Below, piece by piece: positions 26,533 to 38,517 of a stretch of 64,000 bases of DNA. Source of the stretch: Felis catus (lineage: Eukaryota); the NCBI RefSeq assembly GCF_018350175.1, contig NC_058368.1, positions 70,868,001 through 70,932,000 of the forward strand, given 5' to 3'. Both the position numbers and the translations under genes were made by a program. Within the stretch, counting starts at the first letter, position 1; every line of letters begins with the position of its first letter. The notes below the pieces were generated by a model that made no database searches, was not told the DNA's origin, and saw only the letters and a list, made by a program, of their open reading frames with translations.

Positions 26533-26605
26533 CTAGAGTACCAAAATTTTTTTAGTGTAATAACACCTTCTGATAAGAAAATTGAAGAAATAGGAAAGGT
26601 TAAAG

Positions 26606-26720
26606 AGGGTGCCTGTCTGGCTCAGTCGGTAGAGCATGTGACTCTTGATCTTGGGGTTGTGAGCTCAAGCACGTTGGGTGTACAGAAAAGTAAAGGAAGA
26701 AAGCAAGCAAGCAAGCAAGC
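26606..26720 (+). mobile_element. Short CAN-SINE with (AAGC)n tail
   Basis: tRNA-like head. Confidence 0.85.
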
Positions 26721-27195
26721 TTGAAGAATTAGGCTATAAGCTCGTTATAAGCAAATAGTGACGAACTTCCTCCTTCCCTCTCTCCCTCCCCAGCTCCCTC
26801 TCTTCCTCCCTCCCTCCTTTCCTTCCACAGCCACCTGTTAAGTCCTTTCTGGGTGCTGCTGGTTCTTAGGGATATGGAGATAAAAGGTTTAGTCACTGCT
26901 CCCAAATTGTTTGAAGGATAAATAAATACAGGCACTTCAGGTGATGGTGAGAGAGGGCTCTGGGGGTTGGCGGCAACACAACAGGTGTTTCTAAAATCTT
27001 CAAAACCTGAAACCCACACGGCAAAGAGCTTTAAGCCCCTAAGTTTTCAGAATACTGTTTGTATGGACTGTATCAAAGTAGTCAGAAAGTGGGAACTTGG
27101 TGTCTTTCCTTCACGGCCAGGAGGTATTAAAGTGAGCAATGAATCCCATGATTTGTTTTCTTCATTCATTCTTTCATTTTAAGAAAGTGCTTAGA

Positions 27196-27372
27196 GGGGC
27201 TCCTGGGTGGTTCAGTCAGTTAAACGTCCAGATCTTGATTTTAGCTCAGGTCATGATCTTGTGGTTCAGGGGATCGAGCCCCACGTCAGGCTCTGCACTA
27301 ACAGCGCAGAGCCTGCTTGGCATTCTCTCTCTCTGTCCCTCCTGGCCAAAATAAATAAAGAAATGTTTTTTT
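27196..27372 (+). mobile_element. CAN-SINE
   Basis: TSD AAAGTGCTTAGA. Confidence 0.93.
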
Positions 27373-27475
27373 AAAAAGTGCTTAGAATCCTCAGCATGTA
27401 ATACAAGTAGGGGTACCATAGATGACAGCCCTGTTCCTGAGTCACAGTTGCTCCCAACCCTATGCTCCCATGGCA

Positions 27476-28070
27476 GTTTTAAATAGTTTTATTGAGAGAT
27501 CATTACATTCAAATACTTTAACCTTCACCTTCTTAAAGTGTACGATTCACAGTTTTTGGTCTATTCATAAAGTTGTGCAATGATCACTACTGTCTAATTC
27601 CAGAACATTTTCCTTACGCCAGAAAAAAAAAAAAAAAAACCTACACTCATTAGCAGTTGCTACTCACGTTCCCCTCCTCCCTTCCCTTGACAACCCCAGT
27701 CTACTCTCTGAACCTATAGATTTGTCTGCTCTGGACATTTCATATAAATGCAGTTGTATAATTGTGCCCTTTTGTGTCTGGCTTCTTTCACTTAGCATGT
27801 TTTCAGGGTTTATCCCTGTTGTTGCATGGATCAGTGTTTCATTCCTATTTGTGACCAAATAATGACCTATTGCAGGAGTATACCACATTTTATTTATCCA
27901 TTCATCCATCATGGACATTTGGGTTGTTTCTGGTTTTTGGGTATTGTGAATAATGCTATGAACATTAGCATACATTGTGGATATGCGTTTTCATTTCTTT
28001 TGAGCATACCTGCGAGTGGAATTGCTGGGTCATAAGATAGCTGTGTGTTTCACATTACAAAGAACTGAGA
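27476..28070 (-). mobile_element. L1MB-like 3' end (ORF2 C-terminus and 3'UTR)
   Basis: Minus-strand translation DEWINKMWY is typical of the L1 ORF2 C-terminus; L1MB-like 3'UTR. Confidence 0.9.
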
Positions 28071-28147
28071 TAACACAGCGTTTCGTGCCTATGAAACTAA
28101 TTATGAAGCCACTTATAGTCTGTTATCATTAGGCCTACTAGGTTTTA

Positions 28148-28258
28148 AGTTTCTTGAGACCAGCGGTTGTCCTTTTTCATCTTTGAACCTCTTCCCCTCT
28201 CCAGCCCAGCACCCACCACAGCACATAGTATATTCTCAAAAAGTTGTTGAGAATGGAG
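28148..28258 (+). mobile_element. L2 3' end
   Basis: 'cagcacatagtatattctcaaaaagttgttgagaatg'. Confidence 0.55.
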
Positions 28259-31200
28259 CTGACCAATGCAATGTCCTATTGCTTATGAAATCCCCAACAC
28301 GCCTAAGCCATACTTGCTCTGTCTCTCTCCCTCTTTTCCCGTAACAAGTGACAGCTTGTTAGGAATAGAAGGAGCTCCGTATTGTCCATCAAGCTTTCCA
28401 GCTGGTTGCTGACCTTCCTTATCTGCAACAGGGCCTTTACCCAGATCTTGGGATTTCTCCAAGCTGCCTCATCACTACAGCAGCAGTTAGGACCCATTCT
28501 GGTTTATGCAGATACTTTAAGAGAGATTATTTTAAGCACCACTAAAACCCAGGCAGAGGCAGGGCTGGTGGAAACCCCAGCATTTGGGGGCACACCCCCT
28601 GTTTGACATGGTTCACATACCTACTTTCAGGGGATTTGGACAAGGAGGCCCTAAAATGCCTATCTAGGCTTTGACTTAGGAGCATTGTGCAGGAGGTTTA
28701 AGAAAGCTTATTTTAAGACTTTCTCAGAAGGCTGGAGCAGTATCTTTATGATTTATTCTGCTACCTTTCACTCAGAGCCTGTGATTTCTAATAACATCTA
28801 TTTCAGGTTGGATTTAAGAGACAGATCGGCCTCTGCTGAATTGGCCACCTTTGATGTTACAGTACCGAGGAGGGGAGGGACAGATGGAACAAAAGTCGTA
28901 ATTGCCCAAATTTACAATAGCTTCCCAGCAGCAGCCAGCACAAAAGAAATGTTAATGCAATAAACTGTAAATGGAAGGAAGTTAAGCAGGATTTATGGTC
29001 GGCGCAAACCTGCACCAAATCGCTGGAACCTCCTTCCTTCATCCGTGAGCATTTCCATACTCACAGTAGAATTGAACTCATTTGAAAGTCAGTGACTACT
29101 CTGCATTCTCTGTCCATTATAGGTCTTGAACCCCCTAAACAAACAGATTCCTGTAAGAACCTGGGATGTCCGGTAGAGCAGTCAGGGAGAAAAGTCAGTC
29201 ATTGAGGGCTCAAACCTGAAATGCTGGCAGCATCAAGAACACACATCAGCTGGAAGCGTGTGCATTATAGCTGCAACCAAAGCAGGCATTTTTCTTCCCG
29301 CTCTGAGTTGGGATCTCTGCAGATACAACAGATGGCCAGAGTGTTTCCATGTTTCAGCCACGAAGTGAGAGGGCAGCGTGTCATTCGCCAGCCAGGCACT
29401 TACCCATCCGTCAGGGCCACTGCTATAAATGGCTACTTTTCACATTTGGGTTCCTGCAGCTTTCATTTCCATTTAGGCTCACACATACCTTTACCTGTGT
29501 TGTAACGTGTGGGGTGTTCATTGTCTCCTTGTCCAGATTGCTAGCCTGTTTGGTTTTTTAATTAGCTGAGGAGCACAGTCTAAATGGAAAATTGCTTTCT
29601 GAGATCCCTGTGCTCTGGCTCCATGCTGTGAGGGGCTCCCTGTAATTAAACACGTTTTAAGAGTTGTTCTCTTGCGTATGTGCTGTAGCCGTCAGTGCCC
29701 TTCCCACTAGCTGGAGAGTTCTGTTTCAGGCCTTGAGACTTCAATATCAATACTAGGTATAACTAAAAGGAAATTTATATATCAGTTAAGTATGGGGGAT
29801 TTTTTCCCCCTTTGGTAGTTGGGGAAAAGAACTCGGTGGGAAAGTAAATTTTACACTTTTTAGGTTCAGGAGGATGGCAGAGCATTATGGAGGCACTGAG
29901 AGGAACCTGGACAGGAAGTCAGGAGATGAGGGGCACAGATGTCAGCAAAATCCCGAAGTCATCATTCTCAGGTCCTGGTCCCCATAGTGAGAATTCCCCA
30001 AGTCCCCTCAGAGATCTAGAATTCATTCTAGAATTCTAACTTTCAAAATAAAGTATCCATATTTAAAAGTTGCTGCTGCAGTTTTAGATGCTACACAGGC
30101 AGCTCATTAGAGCTTGGACATGAAGGGTGTGTCATTGGGGTTCCTGCCTTTGAGGGATCAGTTCACCAATAATTAACAAAGGAGAAAGGAAGCCTTTATG
30201 AAGTTTTTGCCTAGAGGCTAAAAATAAAAATTTAGAGTAATGGTCCCTAATGGTCCCTTTAGAGAAGGTCTGACATACTATGTAGAATGGTGTGCTCTTC
30301 TCTGCGTCTTTTCTGAAAAAGATTTGCAGTTCTTTTCTAATCAACATCTGGACAAAATCTGGGGGCATGTAGACGTCTGAGACCAAGACCATGTAATAGA
30401 CATCATTCATTAGGAAAAACTAGTGGAATTAAAATCTACTGTTCAGGTCCTGTTATTACAAGACACACGGGCATGTGGTAAAGCTTGATTTAATCACTTC
30501 CTGCTAGGCTAGATCTGGCAGAGAAGGAAAAAGACTAGGATGAAAAGAAAGACAAGAAGAAAATCCCTATAGACAAAGAGCCACGCATACTCAGTCTCTA
30601 TTTTTTGCACAAATGTCCATTCCTGTGTCCCATAACCTAGGTCTTCTTCTGACCCTGTCTTCTCTATGTTCTATAGGAGAGCTCATTTTTTTTTTATGGA
30701 TTTCTGCTGCCAGGACTCTCCCCAGACCTTGGGCCATCGCACTCTTAACGCCTTGCCCTGTTTGGCCAAGCTCTTGGAGCCACCCTCTTCTTTTAAGTCC
30801 TAATTTCTGTTTAGGGTGTGTGAGAATAGAAAGCACATGGGATCTGGGCATAGCTTGGGAGAACTCCAGAGTTGCAGATGCGGTACTCTGGCTTCCTTCT
30901 CTGGACAGCGGGTACAGCCAGAGTCTTGGAAGTCTGGCTGTAACGAGGTATGCGGACAGTGGGGCTGTTTGCAACAACCTTCACATGTTGTTTCCTCCTA
31001 AGTTTGTAACTCACTGTCACCTGCATCCTCTCCTGTGCTGAGGTTACCTTTCCTTTACCCCACAGGCTTTTAAACCTTGAGGTCAGCAGGGCAGTGGGTC
31101 AGCAAGTGTATTTGGTAACATGCATTTGACTTCATGTGTAGTAGGAAATAGATTAATTAAAGATGTTGACGCCATCTAACACTAAATCTCATGAAGCCTC

Positions 31201-31439
31201 ACAGGGCACCGAAGTACCAGTCCATACGGCATATAGACAGCCACGTGCTTCTGAGCATTTTGAAGGCAATTTGCTTGGCTATGTATTTTTAAATTGTTGT
31301 TATCAGAGCACCCAGGATTGTCATGCCTTCATGGAGTTTCTGCCAGAGGGATTAGTGTCATTTCTGGGCCCCCACCAGAATTCCGTTGAAGCTATAAGTA
31401 GTCATGCAAAGTCGTAGGTTAAATGATTTGGGAATAAAA

Positions 31440-31960
31440 TGTCATTTGATGTGACAGAAATGAACCCTCGGAGGCCCACACTTCCTTTGGGACTCGCTCT
31501 CACAGTTCTTGTGTTAAGTAATTTTATTAACGGAGGCAAGGAGGGGCATGAGGTGACAAGAGAAATATTTTTTTGCTAACATTTTAATCCTAATCACAAA
31601 ATTTATTGTGTGTGGCTTTATATGCATTTGTAGCTACGAAGCCATGCAAGAGGATGAAAGTAAAAATGAGAATGCCTTGTTTTTCTTCCCAGGTGTTATT
31701 TAAAGCATTGTATGAATTGTCAAAAAGATTAATTGTTGTTGCTTGCAGCTAAACAGATGATAAATTTTAAAATTATATTATTACTGTGTGTCAGCTTAAA
31801 AGCTCTGTGTCCCAAGTGTGTCACCTTTTTCTGTTGCTGTTGACAAGGTTCACATTTTATAGCACACCGCCAGAAGGTGTTGACATATATTCAGATCACT
31901 GATTAAATGTTTTTAAAACGTGCCACTCAGAAACTAACCCTGATGTTCTATGAAAGAGTC
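31440..31960. promoter_or_regulatory. Candidate enhancer with a TALE-homeodomain TGACA motif cluster
   Basis: 8 TGACA/TGTCA hits in about 450 bp of non-repeat DNA. Confidence 0.45.
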
Positions 31961-32959
31961 ATTTTGGGGAGTAAGATTTTTTTTTCCCTCTTCTTCATTG
32001 ATATGGAAGAGATTTTAAACATTGCCATTAAAAAAAAAAAGCCTCATGTGGTTACATTTTCCTATTTTAAAGTGAAAAGAAAGAAAATGTTTTTCAGCAT
32101 TCTCGTTTCTTCTCCTTCACAGGAGGGAAAGCAACAACAATGGTGTAAAACTACCTCGAGGAAGGTGCTAAATGGCTACTTGTAAACACTCCTTGTTGGG
32201 TTCGGGGACCCCTGATGTAGGAGAGTCAGGGTGGGTCTGAGATGGTGTGGGTGTGGTAAAGCCCAGTGTTGTGACTCCTTCGTGGTTCGAGATGCTGTGA
32301 CAGTCCTAATGCTGCAAAGTCTACCTGCAGACGACTACTTACACAGCTGCTGAGCAGTGCCGAAGCCTGTCTGTTCCTTTCCATGCTGCAGTGCTGGAAG
32401 ACACTGCTGGTCACTGCGTTTTGCGTTTTGTGGATGGAATGGGCTGCCCTTTGGACCAAAGGCTTCAGTGAATCCAAATGTATATTTGTTACAGTGATAA
32501 ACATAAGTCCCCATGAATCAACATTTTAATGCTTTTTCTCTTCAGTGTTTGTGGGACACTGTCAGTAGGTGCTCTGGTTTCTGAGCACAGCACGAAAAAC
32601 TTTAAAACAAATGATTTATTATTCATTATGGAAAAGTTGGATTTTTTCCCCCTCCCTGATTGTCAAGGTTCCTTTGTCTAGGTCAGTTTTGGAGTGTGAC
32701 TTTTTCCCGCTCAGTACAGAGGAGGCTGACATTGCTTCAGTGATGTTGCAGAGGATGATGTAAGATATAAAGCCCATGTCGATTGTCACTTCACCCCAGC
32801 ATGGTGCAAGCTTAGAGATGTTTCTGTGACAGTTTTGGGTGCCCTCACGGGGACCAAATGATCCCTGTAACCAAAAGTATATAGGAGGTTGCAAATAGGG
32901 AACAGCTCATGGCTGTAAAGTTACACAGCTGCCAGTTACACAGCATCTAATGCATATCA

Positions 32960-33140
32960 GGGACCCTGACCACATCACACATATGGTGTCATTAAATTCC
33001 AACAACATAACAGCAGCTATGCGACGATGTGTGTTTATCCCCATTTTAACAAAGGAGTAAAGCAAGACTCCATCATATTCCTGTAAGTGGCAGCCAGTGT
33101 CTGAACCCAGGTATGTCAGATCTTAGAGCCTCTTTCACAT
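32960..33140 (-). mobile_element. MIR
   Basis: 'ttatccccattttaac...gtaagtggcagccag...tgaacccaggt'. Confidence 0.65.
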
Positions 33141-33319
33141 TCATCCAATAGCTGTTTATTGGTAATCTATTTAGTAGATACTGTTTTCATCACATCTGTC
33201 TTTTTAATCTTATTTATCTTAATTTACTTATTTTGGGCTTTAAAAAAAATTGGTTCATCATTAAAAAACAAAGCCTCATGCAGAATTCCCTGCAAGTTCA
33301 GGATAAAACAGTATTCTGA

Positions 33320-33513
33320 GAGGCACCTGGGTGGCTCAGTCAGTTGGTGTCCAACTTCAACTCAGGTCATAATCTCATGGTTCGTGGGTTCAAACCCCAT
33401 GTCGGGCTTTGTGCTGACAGCACAGAGTCTGCTTCAGGTTCCCTGTCTCCCTCCCTCTCTGCTCTTCCCCCACTTTCATGCTCTCTCTCCCTCTCTCAAA
33501 AATAAACATTAAA
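33320..33513 (+). mobile_element. CAN-SINE
   Basis: Outer TSD AAAACAGWATTCTGA (33305 and 33782). Confidence 0.92.
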
Positions 33514-33730
33514 GGGGCGCCTGGGTGGTGCAGTCGGTTAAGCGTCCGACTTCAGCCAGGTCACGATCTTGCGGTCTGTGAGTTCGAGCCCCGCGTCGGG
33601 CTCTGGGCTGATGGCTCAGAGCCTGGAGCCTGTTTCCGATTCTGTGTCTCCCTCTCTCTCTGCCCCTCGCCCGTTCATGCTCTGTCTCTCTCTGTCCCAA
33701 AAATAAATAAACGTTGAAAAAAAAATTAAA
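33514..33730 (+). mobile_element. Young felid CAN-SINE inserted in the tail of the previous SINE
   Basis: Same variant as the copy at 24593; TSD AAAARTAAACATTAAA. Confidence 0.97.
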
Positions 33731-34439
33731 AAAAGTAAACATTAAAAAATAAATAAATTAATTAAAAAAACCCACAGAAACAAAACAGAATTCTGAAAGC
33801 CTTAAGGCTTCCTACCTTAAAGAAGGGGTGAGGGGAAAAGATTGTAAGATGCTCCTGGAAAATAGCCCCTTGTGGCTCCATCTTGTTTACTTTGGGCACG
33901 TGGAGATGCCTCTAGAGCGTTTGAGTTTATGTGTAAAGACTTTGCTAGGTTACCCAAGTTGCTGATAATGTGGGTTGTCTTCTTAGAGGTGAAGTGAGGC
34001 CAGAGATAGAGGGTGGCTGAGAGGAATACTTTTCACCATTGAACTCTCTGGTACCTTTCTGGAACCTTGTGAATATACTATCTTTTCAAAAGAAAAGGAC
34101 ACTTTCTGTTAAGAAGCTATCTCAGGTAATTTAGTTGAAAATTTCACTGGACCTGCACTATCATAAAAATGTCACGAGTTCTAAATTTATTGTCTTATTT
34201 TTGTGGGTTGCTGTAACACCCAGTTTCTGTTTGTACCCTCATCCTTCACTTCTCAGGGCACCGTCTCCATGGGGCGTTCTCTTTAATTGACCATGGCCTC
34301 TTGGTATACAGTCAGGTGCTCTTTCATTTCTTCCCCTCACCTCTTGTTTTTTATTTACTGTGTGGATCTTTTTGGATGGCATTTGTTTCATGGGTTCTTT
34401 TCTCCATAAAGGAGATACGTTCACAAAGATATCTCTCTT

Positions 34440-34440
<1 letters not shown>

Positions 34441-34474
<34 letters not shown>

Positions 34475-34559
34475 CACATGTATATACATACACACATATA
34501 TATATGTGTATGTATATACATGCGTATATACGTATATATGTGTGTGTGTGTGTGTGTGT

Positions 34560-34590
<31 letters not shown>

Positions 34591-34600
34591 CACACACATA
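34441..34600. repeat. Compound (TG)n/(TA)n/(CA)n microsatellite
   Basis: Read directly. Confidence 0.97.
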
Positions 34601-35771
34601 CTCTTTTATGTGAAGCATTTGTTTCTTCCTCAATAACTCATCTGGGTTTAGAGTAGAATGGAGAATTTGGCATCCCACTGGTTGGGAACTTTCCTGCTTT
34701 TCCGTCAACAGGCATAAAACACTTGTGCATTTATGATAATGTGTAGCATGCATAAAGCTATGTGAAATAAAACCAAAGGTTATGTGTGTAGAAATACTCC
34801 TGTGTTCATAATTATCAGTAACTTCCAGTGAAAGCAGTGGCTGTAAAGGATAAAAGCACCTGTGGACATTACTTATGTCAATACTCAAGCCACCACTAAG
34901 TAAGTAAGACATCTTTATGCTGTTGATGACATTCAGATCTTTTCTCTCCTTCTCTGGAAAATTCACAATGTGTCCCTGACAAATTATACCCAGAAAAGCA
35001 AAAATGTAAAAACCATTTCGGAACTTTGTGTAAATTCAGTGTACCATCCTCCAGGTCTCTTGCCTGGTCTGCATCTTGAGAGGCCCCTCATTGAATGGCT
35101 GCAGTGATTATGAGGTTGTGGGGGTTGAGTTATGACAGAATTTTTGGATTCTGTAATTTTGGATTATCTGTGCCATGTTTTTCTGAGACAAAAACTTACC
35201 TACCAATGGAATTTCATTGTGTGGAGGGTGATGTGGAGGAACTGATTTTTCTTGGGCATTCAGCATAAAGACAGTTGACGAAGGGACAGTCTCATATAGT
35301 CAAGTTCAAATCTCTTATGATGTTATGTTAGACCAACACATCACTAAATTGATCACGGACTTATTTTCCCCTCCAGCACTGGAGAAGATAGATCTCCATT
35401 TCTTCATCTAAGTGTGAGAAAGAGAAGGTGGCTACATTTAGAGTCAGAGACTCCAGGAAAATGCATATTTTGAAATCTGGTTTTAAATACAGGCTTCGCA
35501 CTAGCTCCCCACACAGGATGAGAGGCTCAGAAGACCTGAGAGACTTTTATAGACTGATTTACATCTTTCTTCTTAGGGAGTTAAGTGGCAGGCGGAGCCA
35601 AGCATACTGTTTAAAGTGTTTCTGTTCCTCTTTAGATTTTTTTCTTCCAAGTGTACATAGTTGAATTTGAATTTGAGTACTTTAAAGTGCAAGCATGACA
35701 TGATTTTTAAAGAGAGGTGTTGCCTTGATTTTTGGAGTAATGATTTTGAATACTCATTTACAGTGTTATAT

Positions 35772-35956
35772 TTTATTTTTTTTATTTTTTATTTATTTTG
35801 AGAGAGAAAGCACGAGCAGGGGAGGGGCAGAGAGAGGAAAGAGTGAGAATCCCACTACCAATGAGGAGCCCGATGCAGGGCTCAAACCCACAAACTGTGA
35901 GATCATGACCTGAGCCGAAATCGGATACTTAACTGACTGAGCCACCCAGGTACCCC
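35772..35956 (-). mobile_element. CAN-SINE
   Basis: TSD TACAGTGWTAT. Confidence 0.93.
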
Positions 35957-36470
35957 TACAGTGATATGTTTTATAATAAGACCTTTAAATATTTAAACAC
36001 TGGTTTTTAAAAAACATTCTGTCTGTACTGGCAGTTTATCATGTTGCTGTTGAAGTAACAGTTGACCTTATATTAGGGAGTTGATAAAGCCTGATAATAT
36101 GCATAGTTGCCCAAATTGTGTTTTTCCCAGGCTAGCTACTAAAATCTCATCTTTTCACTTACATTTGAAAATCATTTCGGAATTGTTTCGTTAGAATTGG
36201 ACACACACAAATCATTAATGCATGTGTTTTCCGTTGCCAAACACATTCATTTGGACTCTGAAGCCTGCATTCTCTTTACAGGTTAAATTCACCCTAGATT
36301 TAAGGAAGCTCCTAGAAACCTGGGTGCTTTGGACAATAGCTCTACTTTACTATGGAGAAGTTCTCAACTACCACCAAGTTTGTTTATTCCCCATTCATGT
36401 ACATTCATTCATTCATTCATTCACTTGGCATTAATTTATTGCTATCTGAATAGGTGGGTAGAACCCTGTC

Positions 36471-36576
36471 TTTTTTTTTTTTTTTTTTAAATGCTCTACA
36501 CCCAACGTGGGGTTTGAACTCAGGACCCTGAAGTCAAGAGTCACATACTCTACACACTGAATCTTCCTGGTGCCCC
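36471..36576 (-). mobile_element. Short CAN-SINE
   Basis: TSD TAGAACSCTGTCTTT. Confidence 0.85.
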
Positions 36577-36632
36577 TAGAACGCTGTCTTTATATATAAG
36601 GAGTAAAGGATAGTAGTCAGCATGTTGGTTTA

Positions 36633-36742
36633 CCCTGCCTCAGTTTCAGATTTCTGGCCTCCAGAACTCCAGAACAACATTTTGTTGTTTTAGCCACTAA
36701 GTTTATGGTACCTTGTTAGGGCAGCCCTGGCAGATGAATACA
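36633..36742 (+). mobile_element. MaLR (MLT1) LTR 3' fragment
   Basis: 'ttctggcctccagaact...tttagccactaagtttatggta...gcagccc...aataca'. Confidence 0.75.
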
Positions 36743-37164
36743 GATGACAATATCATCCTTAGCCTTCTGTGTTTCTCATTGGCTTGAGAACCGACCTCTA
36801 TTTCCTGGCCAATGGGAAATACATGTGCTCCTTTTCAGCTTGTGTTTCTTTTCCTTCTTTCCTTCTTTCTTCCTGAAATAGCATGGAAAAAAAAAATTCC
36901 TAGCAAGAACAGGTATGCGGGAAAGTTTCCTGCCCTTTCATTCCTGTTTCTCTTCCCAAAAGCTATAGTTGAAAAGTTTGTTTTCTGTCTTACCACGTTT
37001 CTTCTCACCTTCTTAGCTTGATTTTTCTTTCTTTATAAGATCATAACCTCTTGTAAATTGTTAACTCCTAGAGATTGCCTACCCCTCTCCTAAAGTCCTG
37101 ACAAGAGGTGGGAGTTTATTTGGTAGGCTTATGTGTGACTTCTTTTGATAAAAAGGAAATGCAG

Positions 37165-37600
37165 CAGAGGCACGTGGAGGGGAAGTGCTGGGAGAGATGA
37201 TGGAGTGCGTGGTGGGCATGCTCAGAGTGTGATGAGGCACATGAAGGGGACAGAGCGTGATGGGGCACGTGAGGGGCACACATAGGGTGTGATTGGTCAC
37301 GTGGCAGGGGCATGCAGAACGTAGGTGAACACGAGGGGGTGTGATGGGACACATGGGGAAGGTGCTCCAGTGGGCTGTGCAGGCGGTAAAGACTGGCATT
37401 GGGGCAGGTGATGGGATGCACCCAATGTGATGGGGCACATGGAAGGGTCGGGCCATGTGAGAGAAAGCAAGGGGTGGGGATGTGTGGAACGTGACGGGGC
37501 ACATGGCCAGGAGGCCAGAGCGTGGTGGAGCACGTGACAATGACATGTGGAGCGTGCTGGGGCACCTAGACCACGTGAGTACATGATGAGGGTGTGTAGT
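37165..37600. repeat. Degenerate G-rich minisatellite-like array, core YGTGATGGGGCACRTG
   Basis: About 8 recognisable 16-bp cores separated by variable spacers. Confidence 0.75.
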
Positions 37601-37819
37601 AAGGCAGGTGGGGAAAGTGAAGGGAATGGGACAGGCAGGAATTGAGGATTGGCAGTGGGGCTCAGGATTAGGGGAAGGGCAGAAGCACCAGAGCACGTGT
37701 CTGGAGCAAACTGTTGAGGTCAAGTCCCCAGAAGCTGCCTGTTGCTGGAAGGGTCATGCCTGGCAGCAATGGGTTATTTCCACCGTCTTCTCCTTTTCCT
37801 TCCTGGGGAATTCACTATT

Positions 37820-37918
37820 ATTTTTTTTAAGTAAGCTGTGCGCCCAAGGCAGGGCTCAAACTCAAGGCCCTGACATCAAGAGTCGTGTGCCCAACCGACT
37901 GAGCCAGCCAGGCACCTC
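37820..37918 (-). mobile_element. Short CAN-SINE
   Basis: 'atcaagagtcg...accgactgagccagccaggcacc'. Confidence 0.8.
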
Positions 37919-38517
37919 TGCTCCTGAGAAATTTAGCCACAGAAAGACTTTGGGGTCAAACTGCCCAGTGTCTGAGAAAACAAGGTTGTGTCCTTCACTT
38001 TCCCGTCACCGAATCCAACATCTGCTGCCACGTTGTGCAGAGGCGAACCGCCTGGGATTCCACCCCCTTCTGCCGGTTCCCTGGGTCCTTACACTCTTTG
38101 CCCCCTCAAGGGCCTGACTCCTTTGAGAATATCCCGTCTCTTTGCATCGGTCTTGCTGTGACTACCGAATCCTTTCTTCAGCTTCTCTGTGTCCTAAAAT
38201 TTCCCACCTAAAAACAAATATGCCTCCCTTTGTCCCACATCTTACTCCTGCTACAGGTGGTTCCATTACTACTCTCCACAGAAAAGCTCTTCAAAAGTTT
38301 TACAAACTGTAAACTCTTCAACTGTTCTGTTTCCAGCCCCTCACCCTCCATTTTCTCTTGAGCCCACTTCAATACCACTTTCTCCTTGCTCCATGCCACC
38401 AAGATTGCACTTGCTGCCAAACCCAGCAGACACCTTTGTCCTCAGATGACTGGATTCTTGTCAGCATTTGACAAATTTGGCTTCGGTGACCTTTAAACGC
38501 TTTCTTCTCTTGGCTTC

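Noticed and set aside
27664..27975. 103-aa ORF containing DEWINKMWY
   Set aside because: Decayed L1 ORF2 C-terminus and 3'UTR.
30591..31041. Overlapping 128-142 aa ORFs on both strands
   Set aside because: No recognisable homology or convincing splice signals; lengths are compatible with chance.
34239..34966. ORFs of up to 181 aa with THTH/CVCV runs
   Set aside because: Dinucleotide microsatellite translations.
37228..37570. CRISPR-like repeat-spacer appearance
   Set aside because: Mammalian DNA, degenerate 16-bp cores, irregular spacer lengths and no cas genes.
37079..37723. 214-aa His/Pro/Cys-rich minus-strand ORF and overlapping ORFs
   Set aside because: By-product of the G-skewed repeat array; several frames are open and there is no recognisable domain.
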